A DNA stretch of 64,000 bases, from the NCBI GenBank assembly GCA_045541795.1, contig JAZQJV010000019.1, forward strand, positions 7,270 through 71,269, read 5' to 3'. The DNA is from Patescibacteria group bacterium (GTDB taxonomy: Bacteria > Patescibacteriota > Microgenomatia > UBA1400 > PJMF01). The notes under the pieces are model-generated. The model did no database searches, had not been told where the DNA came from, and saw nothing but the letters and a program-made list of their open reading frames with translations. Positions 47,037-55,428 of the stretch are shown piece by piece (within the stretch, counting starts at the first letter, position 1; each line of letters begins with the position of its first letter). The position numbers and the translations under genes are program-made.

Positions 47037-48881
47037 TTATGATTCTGGCACCCCCTGGTCATTGCTGGCTACAATTTGTTCATATTCTTGATTGTAACTG
47101 GCCATGACATCGGGGCTGACGCTGGTGGGATGCAGGGTGATGGCCGTGAGGTCGGTTTCTTGGCCGTAGTAATCTTCACCACGAAAATGCCGCAGGCCTT
47201 GAGGATCGAGACGGTAGCGAGTGCGCATCTGGTCTTCACCGAGGCCGTTGACGTCTTGGGTGGGGTCAAAGACATACATTTCTGTCTGGTTTGGGTCGGT
47301 CTCGCCGGGGACGCTCACCCCGATATAGGCGTGGCGCGCATCAATGTTGGCGCCATCGTCTGTGCGGGCGCCAGCTAGGCGGAGAGCTGGATACCCCAGG
47401 CGGGTCATGATTTTTTCCATGGCGGCGGACATACCGGTACAAATTGTACCTTCGCCCGAAAACGCTTGGGCAAGTTCGTAGGATTCTTGTTCTTCTACCG
47501 GGATGACCATTTTGACGCCGCCGGCATAATCATGATTATAGGGTATGTTTTCGTGGAGGTAACGGCTGATCAAGGTAGCAGCACGCAAAGTCGCGTCGCG
47601 CTTTTTCTCGTCGGGGATTTGGCTGTAGGGTGGGATGCCCAAATAGTCAATCGCGGCTTGGATGCCCTCCTCCACGATCTCGTCGCGATCGGCGCGTTCG
47701 GCTTTGAATTTATCGTAGGCCTTGAGCCGCCAGGTAAATTCGCTGTGGCCAGCCACCAGTTGTCTAAAGAAGGGATCAGAGCCGTAGTGACGTACGGACT
47801 GGGAAGCAGGCAGGGTGCGGTAGAAGAAATTGAGGGCTTCGGAGTTAAATTCGAAGTGTTCTCGCCCTTCGGCGGTGGTGACTTTTTTGGTGAGGAGGCG
47901 AAAATATTCGCTCCCGGCAAAACGCTGTTCTAGTTCCTGGACGGGAGTAGTTTGCAGCGTCTCGCGCATGGCAGAAAGATCAAGAGCGGGTGCTTCTGGG
48001 CGCGGCAGACCGGCAAATAAATCATGGACATCTTTTTCAAAGACGGTGGGAGCAAAATCGGTGGGCTGCAAATATAGGCCTTCAATCCGGGTTTTGTCAC
48101 GGAGGCTGTCTTCGTGGGCGGCGCGGAATTGGTTGATCGCTTCCAAGAATTGGATATTGGGTTGATCTGGATGTTGGGGATCTTTGGTAAACATATCGGG
48201 TATGGATTTGTAATCCATCTGGAGACGTTTAGCGCCGTCTGAAATCGTGACGGTCTGGATCACGCCTTTTTCGGAGATAGTCATGTCTACAATTTGCAGT
48301 TTTGCCGGGTCAAAATGATTATTTTCCCAGACGATGTCTTTGTTTTTGTCAAGAGGGATGGCGGCGATGGCTGATCGCTTGTCATGCTCACCCTGGGCTT
48401 TCGCCAGGGCGGCGGCAAACTGAGGATTGGTTTCGGTCATGATGGCGACGTCTTCATTGGTGAGGGTGATTTCGCCGTTGATGTCTTTGAGACTGACGCC
48501 GTCGGGGCCGAAATTGATTTTTAGGGTATCATAATCAATGTCGGCGGTGATTTGTGCCAAACCGTCGCGGTAAGCCTGGTCGGATTCTTGCTGACGGCGG
48601 ACGTCTTGGAGAAATTCTACAGCGTGCGTATCTTTGCGGTAACGTTCGATGAAAGTTTCGAGGCCGACAAAATCTTGGCGGCCGTCGGGACGGGAAATCA
48701 GGACGGTGTCACCGTTTAGCAGTGATAATTTGCTCTCGGCCAGACTATCTGGGGCGGCTTCTTGATTGGCGGTCTCGGCTTCGTGAGGCTGGACGATGGC
48801 GGGCTGATTTTCGAGTTTCGCCAGGTACTGCTCACGCACTTGTCTCTCGAAATCTGGATTGTAGCCTTCGGGACTCATCAT
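47037..48881 (-). CDS. Large hypothetical protein with C-terminal transglutaminase-like (papain-fold Cys-His-Asp) domain
   Basis: EGTICTGMSAAMEKIMTRLGYPALR...ARHAYIGV...YVFDPT matches the transglutaminase-core C/H/D arrangement. No signal peptide or TM seen. Confidence 0.55.
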   Translation of the reverse strand: MMSPEGYNPDFERQVREQYLAKLENQPAIVQPHEAETANQEAAPDSLAESKLSLLNGDTVLISRPDGRQDFVGLETFIERYRKDTHAVEFLQDVRRQQESDQAYRDGLAQITADIDYDTLKINFGPDGVSLKDINGEITLTNEDVAIMTETNPQFAAALAKAQGEHDKRSAIAAIPLDKNKDIVWENNHFDPAKLQIVDMTISEKGVIQTVTISDGAKRLQMDYKSIPDMFTKDPQHPDQPNIQFLEAINQFRAAHEDSLRDKTRIEGLYLQPTDFAPTVFEKDVHDLFAGLPRPEAPALDLSAMRETLQTTPVQELEQRFAGSEYFRLLTKKVTTAEGREHFEFNSEALNFFYRTLPASQSVRHYGSDPFFRQLVAGHSEFTWRLKAYDKFKAERADRDEIVEEGIQAAIDYLGIPPYSQIPDEKKRDATLRAATLISRYLHENIPYNHDYAGGVKMVIPVEEQESYELAQAFSGEGTICTGMSAAMEKIMTRLGYPALRLAGARTDDGANIDARHAYIGVSVPGETDPNQTEMYVFDPTQDVNGLGEDQMRTRYRLDPQGLRHFRGEDYYGQETDLTAITLHPTSVSPDVMASYNQEYEQIVASNDQGVPES

Positions 48882-48905
48882 GAGCTTATTGTAGACTGCT
48901 TTGGC

Positions 48906-49835
48906 TTAGTTGTCAAGTGCTGGCTCGCCAATTTCGAGGCTGTAGGTGAGCGTGTAGTTTTGGCCAGGCTGGACGATGGCGGTCTCGGGTCTCGTCATGA
49001 TCTCGCCACTCCAGCCTTCTAGGTCGCCGTATCCCAACCACGGCTCGAGGCAGATAAAAGGCGCGCCGGGCTTGGCCCAGATCCCGAGGATTTTACTATT
49101 GCCGCGGTGAAGTTTTACCCTTTCTGCCGGGTTTTTTCCTTGGAGAGTGACGGAGGCAGACTGTAGGTCCCACAAGGCCACTACGTCTTGGTCAAACATG
49201 TGTTCGTCAAGTGAGATATGGGTGCGGCCGTCTGTCTGGTCGCTCAGGCGCGGCGGATCCCAGGTGACGAATTCTTTTTGCCAGGAACCGTCAGGATTCA
49301 TCAGGCGGCGCTTGGTAAATTCTTGCTGACCGTCAAAGATGAGTTGATAGTCACCAAGGCTGGTGCCTGTATCCAGGTGTAAGGCAAAAGCGGGGTGTGC
49401 ACCCAAGGTACACGGTAGTGGCCGATCACCTTGATTGCAGACATTAGTAGTGACCTGGAGACGGTTGGCCGTGATGGCGTAGGAATTGGTCAGTGTAAAG
49501 TGGAAGGGGTAAATGCGGCGGGTGTCGTCGCTGTCTTGAAAGGCCAGCTGGATGGAACTGTGATCGGGGGCGGCATTAATCACACTAAATGTGCTCGTCC
49601 GGGCAAAGCCGTGATTGGAGTGAGGATAGTCTTGAGACTGGTAGGTGAATTTGCCGCCGTTTAGTTTGCCCACAAATGGGAAAAGAGTGGGATTGCGCCC
49701 CGTCCACCAGGCTGGATCACCTTTATAGGCATAGTCAATGCCAGTGCGTTTGTCGATGAGAGTATGCCACTCGCTGGCTTGTGGTGAGATGTCGAGTCTT
49801 AAATAATCATTTTCTAGGCGGTATAATTTTGACAT
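48906..49835 (-). CDS. Aldose 1-epimerase family protein (galactose mutarotase-like)
   Basis: NPTLFPFVGKLNGGKF..Y.HSNHGFAR...YPFHF and LGAHPAF motifs. Confidence 0.65.
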   Translation of the reverse strand: MSKLYRLENDYLRLDISPQASEWHTLIDKRTGIDYAYKGDPAWWTGRNPTLFPFVGKLNGGKFTYQSQDYPHSNHGFARTSTFSVINAAPDHSSIQLAFQDSDDTRRIYPFHFTLTNSYAITANRLQVTTNVCNQGDRPLPCTLGAHPAFALHLDTGTSLGDYQLIFDGQQEFTKRRLMNPDGSWQKEFVTWDPPRLSDQTDGRTHISLDEHMFDQDVVALWDLQSASVTLQGKNPAERVKLHRGNSKILGIWAKPGAPFICLEPWLGYGDLEGWSGEIMTRPETAIVQPGQNYTLTYSLEIGEPALDN

Positions 49836-49841
49836 ATATCC

Positions 49842-50405
49842 TTAATAATTAATTTTTAGGCCTTCAAATTCCTGAGCCCAGCGAGCAAATGTCTGCGCGT
49901 CCTCGGGGCGGTATTTTTGCAGCTCGCCAATAATTTCTTCTGGTGTCTCTGGTATCCAGAGAGTATCGGGGTTTTTGGAATAAAAGCAGTCGGCGTAAGT
50001 GATGATCTTTTCTGGTAGAGTTTGTGGGATAAAATCTTGGTGTGGCAGTGGTAAATTGGCAGCGATGATGTAATCGCGCCTCAATCCCACGCCGACGTGG
50101 CGCTCGGCGACTAAGGCATGGTTTTCCAGCCCGGCCTCACGCAAGATCTGCGCGCCCAAAACGCCGTGGGCGATGTATGGTTGGGTTCCTCGGCCGCCTA
50201 TAGTGGTAGCATTGGTGTGGACAATGCCGATGTCATGGAGCATGGCGGCTTGCTCGAGGAAAATTTGTGTCTGAGTGTCTAAGCCAAGTTTTCTGGCGAT
50301 CTGGAGGGCTTTGTTGGTGACTAAGGTGACATGTATCAAATAAATGCGGTATGCCGGGCTGCCTGTGGGGAAATAGTGCTGGATGAGCTTGAGATAGTCA
50401 ATCAT
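49842..50405 (-). CDS. HD-domain phosphohydrolase
   Basis: H...HD motif (AAMLHDIG) and downstream His/Asp residues. Leaderless start after minus-strand TGATATAAT. Confidence 0.65.
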   Translation of the reverse strand: MIDYLKLIQHYFPTGSPAYRIYLIHVTLVTNKALQIARKLGLDTQTQIFLEQAAMLHDIGIVHTNATTIGGRGTQPYIAHGVLGAQILREAGLENHALVAERHVGVGLRRDYIIAANLPLPHQDFIPQTLPEKIITYADCFYSKNPDTLWIPETPEEIIGELQKYRPEDAQTFARWAQEFEGLKINY

Positions 50406-50464
50406 GACCTCATTATATCACACAAATTGGTCATGATGGGGTCAATTTGCGGCAATTTGCCCCT

Positions 50465-50492
50465 TGCAAAAAAGCCAGGTGTATGTTATAAT
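50465..50492 (+). promoter_or_regulatory. Sigma-70-like promoter of rpsA (TTGCAA-16-TGTTATAAT) followed by SD AAAGGAGA
   Basis: Direct sequence match. This gene has a leader and a ribosome-binding site. Confidence 0.6.
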
Positions 50493-50519
50493 AGAGCCCT
50501 TGAAAGGAGAACCATAAAC

Positions 50520-51611
50520 ATGGCGCAAGCAACAACTATGGCCGAACTCTTGGCCGCAAATAATGTAAAAATTGTTACCCCGAAAGCAGATACTCAGGTG
50601 GAAGGCGTAATTGTCTCCAAAACCAATAAGTCTTTGGTAGTGGATATTAATGCTAAAACTGAAGGTATCATTATCGGTAAAGAATTTGATTTAGCCAAGG
50701 ATTACATTGCTGATTTGCAAGTCGGCCAAAAAATTAGTGTCGCTGTGCTGGATAACGAAAACAATAAAAACCAAATTTTGCTTTCGCTGCGCCAGGCTGC
50801 GAACAAACAAAAATGGGACTTCTTCTACAAGGCGATGGAGACAGGTGAAGTACTAGAAGTAAAAGGTGTGGAGACCAATAAAGGCGGTTTGATCGTGGTT
50901 ATCAATGGTATCCGCGGTTTCATTCCTTCCAGTCAATTTGGTAAGCTTTACTTGGGTAAACTCAACCGTTTGCGGGGTGAGACTTTACGGGTGAAGACGA
51001 TTGAAGTCGAGCATGATAAAAACCGCTTGATTTTCTCTGAGAAATTTGTCTCTGAGGAGAAAGAATTGGCGCAACGCGCGGCGGCAATGGCGGCGGTGAA
51101 GCCTGGCGATGTTTATAATGGTGTCGTTTCTGGCGTGATGCCTTTTGGTGTGTTTATCACGGCCGAAGTACCGATCAATGATAAAGGTGAAATTGGTCTG
51201 GTAGAAGGTTTGGTACACATTTCAGAAATTTCTTGGGAAAAGGTAACTCACCCCGGTAATTATTACAAACTTGGTGACAAGCTCAAAGTAAAAGTTTTGG
51301 ATGTGGATCCAGAAAATGAAAAACTGAATCTGTCCATCAAACAGCTGACTGATGATCCGTGGCTGTCAATTGAAGAGCGTTATCCGGTTGGTTCCGTGGT
51401 GACGGGGACTGTTTCCCGCGTGGAACAGTTTGGCATCTTCATCAATGTAGAGCCAGGTGTGGATGGTTTGATCCACTCCAGCAAGCTTGAGTCAAATCAA
51501 CGCCTGCGCCGTGGTGATAGTGTCAGCGTCAATGTGGAAAACGTCGACAAGCAAAATAAACGTATGAGTTTGACTTTGGTTACTAATGAATTGCCAGTCA
51601 ATTATAAGTAA
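50520..51611 (+). CDS. rpsA: 30S ribosomal protein S1 (short four-S1-domain form)
   Basis: Repeated S1 domains (G..V.G.V....GGL.V...G..GF.P.S). Confidence 0.85.
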   Translation: MAQATTMAELLAANNVKIVTPKADTQVEGVIVSKTNKSLVVDINAKTEGIIIGKEFDLAKDYIADLQVGQKISVAVLDNENNKNQILLSLRQAANKQKWDFFYKAMETGEVLEVKGVETNKGGLIVVINGIRGFIPSSQFGKLYLGKLNRLRGETLRVKTIEVEHDKNRLIFSEKFVSEEKELAQRAAAMAAVKPGDVYNGVVSGVMPFGVFITAEVPINDKGEIGLVEGLVHISEISWEKVTHPGNYYKLGDKLKVKVLDVDPENEKLNLSIKQLTDDPWLSIEERYPVGSVVTGTVSRVEQFGIFINVEPGVDGLIHSSKLESNQRLRRGDSVSVNVENVDKQNKRMSLTLVTNELPVNYK

Positions 51612-51625
51612 GCAGGAAGGCAGAC

Positions 51626-51796
51626 ATGTCCAAACAAAGAATGATTATTACTGATGATCAGTTGCTTATAGACGTGGACTTGCTTTTTGGCTTGATCAGG
51701 GCTGCCGATGGTGACTGGCAGGCGGTAGAAAAGCAGATGAAAGAGCTGCTTTCTAGCGTCCAAATGTCTGCTGATGATGGCACTGACCAGGCGTAG
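51626..51796 (+). CDS. Small hypothetical protein (56 aa), absent from the ORF track because it is under 60 aa
   Basis: ATG is preceded by AGGAAGG. The ORF MSKQRMIITDDQLLIDVDLLFGLIRAADGDWQAVEKQMKELLSSVQMSADDGTDQA follows immediately after rpsA. Confidence 0.35.
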   Translation: MSKQRMIITDDQLLIDVDLLFGLIRAADGDWQAVEKQMKELLSSVQMSADDGTDQA

Positions 51797-51808
51797 AGCT
51801 GATAAAAC

Positions 51809-51837
51809 TTGACAAATAGGCACTTTTATGCTATAAT
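51809..51837 (+). promoter_or_regulatory. Perfect consensus sigma-70 promoter TTGACA-17-TATAAT
   Basis: TTGACAaataggcacttttatgcTATAAT. About 48-nt leader with SD AAGGATAGG before the ATG at 51886. Confidence 0.7.
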
Positions 51838-51885
51838 ACTATGTATTCTTGTCGGATCTAAGGTAATTTGATAAGGATAGGTAGT

Positions 51886-52488
51886 ATGAATGAAGAAAAT
51901 GGAACCAGCTTGGTAATTGCTTCTGGTGATGAAGGATTACAGCTGAATAGTGGCCGACGTTTGGCGTTTGTAGGTGCTGGCTATGGCCTGGATTACTTTG
52001 ATTTGGCGGTGAAAGCCTTGACGGCAGATCTGGGCAGTCACCCGGTCTTGATTTCTGCTCAGGAAGACGATTGGTTGGCTGCAAAGCTGGAAAGTAAAAA
52101 TCAAGCGATTTACGATGAAAAATTACGGGAATTTGCTGCTGGCGCGGGGCTGGACTACGCCGGGCAGATAGATTTTGGCGATCCTAAGGATTTGATAGAT
52201 GGCGTGCGTGGCCATCTAGTGCGCCCGCCCAAAATCCACGTGGCTGAGCAAATTTGTTTGACCGTGGGCGGCGGGGAGCAAGTTTACAGCTTGAGGCAAT
52301 TTGTGATCAGTGCTGACTATGTGCACGCGCTTCGCAGTGATCAGGTACAGGCCTTGATTGGTACGCAGATTGATTATTACAATCATTTGGTGGGCAAAAA
52401 GCTGCGCGTGGTGATGAGTGATGAAGGCAGCATGAGCGATAAGCTCAAAATTGCGAATAAAGCCAAGGTGGCCGCTTTCGTGAGTTAG
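51886..52488 (+). CDS. Hypothetical 200-aa protein (unknown function, strongly expressed by its signals)
   Basis: ORF with a good SD and a consensus promoter. No family recognised. Convergent with parB. Confidence 0.5.
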   Translation: MNEENGTSLVIASGDEGLQLNSGRRLAFVGAGYGLDYFDLAVKALTADLGSHPVLISAQEDDWLAAKLESKNQAIYDEKLREFAAGAGLDYAGQIDFGDPKDLIDGVRGHLVRPPKIHVAEQICLTVGGGEQVYSLRQFVISADYVHALRSDQVQALIGTQIDYYNHLVGKKLRVVMSDEGSMSDKLKIANKAKVAAFVS

Positions 52489-52509
52489 ATTGAGTAACTT
52501 TGGGAGTGA

Positions 52510-53376
52510 TTAATTCTTTTTGCTGGAGCGCGGCCGGGTCATTTTGAGGATTTTTTGGAGATCTTTTTGGCGCGAAGCCGGGTCGCCAGTCAGCGTGATG
52601 ACAATCCGGCTGCCGCGGCGGGAGTCAGTAACTTTGACGCTTGCTTTGGAGTAAAGTCTTTTGGCAAGGTTTTCTTGCCAGGCGCGAGCGTATTCGTCGG
52701 CATCTACGAGCGGTGGGGCTTTGGCTGGCTTGGTGCTCGCGGCAGTTTGTTTTTGTACGCGGTGGAAACGAGCCAGGGCTTCAGTGCGGCGGACGCTGGC
52801 GCCTTCGGCCAAGACAGTGCGGTAGACGTCGATAATATCTTTGGCGTCGCCAGCGCCAGCGAGAGCGCGGGCGTGGCCTTCACTGATGAGACCGGCGTTG
52901 AGGCCGTCTTTGACGGGATCGGGCAAATCCAAGAGCATGAGAGCGCACTGGACGTATTGGCGGGATTTGCCCAGACGTTTGCCGATGTCTTCTTGAGTGT
53001 AGCCGAACTCGCTCATAAGCCGTTTGATGGCTTGCGCTTTCTCCAGTGGAGTGAGGTTGACCCGCTGGATGTTTTCTACCATGGCCATCTCGAGCATGCC
53101 TTTGGGCGTAGTTTTGACGAGGTGGGCGGGGATTTGGGTGAGGCCGACTTTTTTGGCGGCACGCCAGCGTCTTTCACCAGCGATGATGTGTGTACCGGCC
53201 GGCGTTTCTACGACGACTAGAGGCTCGAGGATGCCAAATTGACGTACTGAGTCGACGAGCTGATTAAATGGTTCGTCTTCAATGATTTTGTCGCGCGGTT
53301 GGAAAGGATTGGGCTGGAGCGCTTTCACGTCGATGAAGGTGACTTTGGTTTTGGCTGGTGGTTTGCTGTCTGTCAT
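52510..53376 (-). CDS. parB: Chromosome partitioning protein ParB/Spo0J
   Basis: ParB box GERRWRAA and an HTH (DIGKRLGKSRQYVQ). Confidence 0.88.
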   Translation of the reverse strand: MTDSKPPAKTKVTFIDVKALQPNPFQPRDKIIEDEPFNQLVDSVRQFGILEPLVVVETPAGTHIIAGERRWRAAKKVGLTQIPAHLVKTTPKGMLEMAMVENIQRVNLTPLEKAQAIKRLMSEFGYTQEDIGKRLGKSRQYVQCALMLLDLPDPVKDGLNAGLISEGHARALAGAGDAKDIIDVYRTVLAEGASVRRTEALARFHRVQKQTAASTKPAKAPPLVDADEYARAWQENLAKRLYSKASVKVTDSRRGSRIVITLTGDPASRQKDLQKILKMTRPRSSKKN

Positions 53377-53408
53377 GATTTCTTTCTGTGTAATTTACGG
53401 GCTTAAAA

Positions 53409-54212
53409 TTAATGTGGCCAGAATAAAAACAGCCAAATAATGCCGACGGCCAGCCGCCAGAGGCCGAAAGACCAAAAAGGTTTGGTAGCCAGCAGGCGCA
53501 GGAGCGGCTTGATAATGAGCATGGAGACGGCGAAGGTGATGACAAGCGCGATTATGACTTGAGGATTGGTAAGGACAGGAATGTTTTTCACAGTTGTAAG
53601 CCCCGCTGCGCCGCCGATGACCGCTACCCCGACGATAAAGGAAAGCGCGGTGGCGGCGACTTTGGAAAATCCCAAAGCTCGGGCGGTGTAAATGCTAGCG
53701 CCAGAGCGGGAAACGCCAGGAATAAGGGCGAGTGATTGCCCGAGGCCGATGGCAAACATTTTGTACCAAGGTGCGGCTTGCACTTCTTTTACCCAGGTAG
53801 TGGTGAGTTCTTGATCGGTGATACTGGCGGGTTTTTTGTCTTTGGTCCAGCGCCAATCCAGATAAGTAAAAAAGCCACCGAAAATGATGAGCATCACACC
53901 CGTCCAGATGGAAGCGTCACTCAGGTAAGCGTCAGTGACGTCTTTAAGCAGTAAACCGATCACGGCTGTAGGGACGACAGCCAAGAGCAATTTGGGCCAG
54001 GTCTTGATATTAGCCGCGACTGGCCGCCAAAATAAAATGATGACAGCGACGATAGCAGCCAGTTGGATAATGACGGTAAAATCGGCAAAAAAAGCGTGGT
54101 CAGAGACGGGGAATAATTTTTCGGCTAACAGCAAGTGAGCGGTGGATGAGACCGGCAAAAATTCCGTGACGGCTTCGATGATACTAAAAATAATGGTGTG
54201 CAACCAGCTCAT
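53409..54212 (-). CDS. uppP: Undecaprenyl-diphosphatase (BacA/UppP)
   Basis: IIEAVTEFLPVSSTAHL and PGVSRSGA motifs. Confidence 0.88.
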   Translation of the reverse strand: MSWLHTIIFSIIEAVTEFLPVSSTAHLLLAEKLFPVSDHAFFADFTVIIQLAAIVAVIILFWRPVAANIKTWPKLLLAVVPTAVIGLLLKDVTDAYLSDASIWTGVMLIIFGGFFTYLDWRWTKDKKPASITDQELTTTWVKEVQAAPWYKMFAIGLGQSLALIPGVSRSGASIYTARALGFSKVAATALSFIVGVAVIGGAAGLTTVKNIPVLTNPQVIIALVITFAVSMLIIKPLLRLLATKPFWSFGLWRLAVGIIWLFLFWPH

Positions 54213-54232
54213 GTCACTATTATACCACAGAT

Positions 54233-54640
54233 TTAGCCAATTGAGCAGAGAACTGCCAAGCGTGGCAAGAAAATGATAGCGGCGGCGATCAGTGACCCGA
54301 GAGAAGCATAAAGCACGGCGCCGCCGAGTAAATCGCGCGGGATTTTGGTAGCGGCGTAGTCAAGATGAAGTTCGTCACGTAAAATGTTACAGATGATTTC
54401 GCCGGTAGTATTGAGGATTTCAAGCACCGGCACCAAGACGAGAAAAATGAGAATAATTAACCACTGTGTGGCGGAAATTTGCAGCCAGAGGCCGGCCAAC
54501 AGTGTAAGGATGGTCGCGATCGCGTGGTATTGAAAATTGCGTTCGTGAAAAAAAATCCAGGCGATGCCGTCTCGGGCGTGGCCGAATGATTGCCAAAACG
54601 GCGGTTTACTGGTGGAGTAGTAAGGATCTTTATTTGCCAT
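54233..54640 (-). CDS. dgkA: Prokaryotic diacylglycerol/undecaprenol kinase family (DgkA-like)
   Basis: Three-TM small protein with ERNFQYH, LVLVPVLEILNTTGE and DLLGGAVL, the DAGK_prokar pattern. Confidence 0.7.
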   Translation of the reverse strand: MANKDPYYSTSKPPFWQSFGHARDGIAWIFFHERNFQYHAIATILTLLAGLWLQISATQWLIILIFLVLVPVLEILNTTGEIICNILRDELHLDYAATKIPRDLLGGAVLYASLGSLIAAAIIFLPRLAVLCSIG

Positions 54641-54682
54641 GCGGCTATTATAACAGTTTTATTTTAAGTTGCAAGCCGTGTG

Positions 54683-55378
54683 TCAGGCTGATTTTTGCCA
54701 GGAGACGTAGTGATTTAAACTGTCACCGGGCGCTCTTGAGTGAAAGTCGGCAGTGATGTGGTATGGCGGCGTGGTGACAATCTTGATTAAGTTCTGGATT
54801 TCGTCGTCGCTGCTAAAGTGAGCAAAACGAGCGGCCTCTTGCCTACCCTGCCAGGAGAGCCAATAGTCACTGCCTCCTAAATCTTGGATGATGAGATTGC
54901 TTTTTTGGGGTAAGAATTGCCAAAAACTGACCCATAGCTGGCCGCCAGGGGCAAGTAAATCTAGTAAATCTCGAAGCAACTGCTCGCGCCACGCTGCTTG
55001 AGGCACATGGTGAAGGAAACCAAAACAGCAAATCAAATCATAGCTTTTGGCGGCGAGTGCATCTCGCCAGTCTTGACCACGATCATAGTGAACGAGGATG
55101 TCTAGCGGGAGTAACATTGTCGCCGGTAGGCCGCTGGCTTGAAGTAAGGTCGTGCTGGCGTCGACATTGAGGTAAGTGCCTTGGTAATGGTTTTTTTGCA
55201 AAAATTGGTAAAAGCGACCGTTGCCGCCGGCGACGTCTAGGACGCTGGTGACGCCACTAAGCGTGATTTTTTCCCAGCTCGGCCAGGAATGTTGGCGTGT
55301 ACGATGAAAACTTTCACCTTGTTTTTGGTAAAAATTATTGTCGGCAGTGATGATACGTTGGAGCAAAGTTGACGACAT
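54683..55378 (-). CDS. Class I SAM-dependent methyltransferase
   Basis: Motif I VLDVAGGNGRF, plus the CFGFLHHV post-I region. Confidence 0.7.
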   Translation of the reverse strand: MSSTLLQRIITADNNFYQKQGESFHRTRQHSWPSWEKITLSGVTSVLDVAGGNGRFYQFLQKNHYQGTYLNVDASTTLLQASGLPATMLLPLDILVHYDRGQDWRDALAAKSYDLICCFGFLHHVPQAAWREQLLRDLLDLLAPGGQLWVSFWQFLPQKSNLIIQDLGGSDYWLSWQGRQEAARFAHFSSDDEIQNLIKIVTTPPYHITADFHSRAPGDSLNHYVSWQKSA

Positions 55379-55428
55379 AAGCTGTATTATACTATAAAAA
55401 AGTCAGTTTTAGTGGTAAAATAGCGGAT

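Noticed and set aside
51886-52488. Assigning the 200-aa protein to FtsA, SepF or another division family because it is near parB
   Set aside because: No diagnostic motifs could be matched by eye. It is kept as hypothetical.
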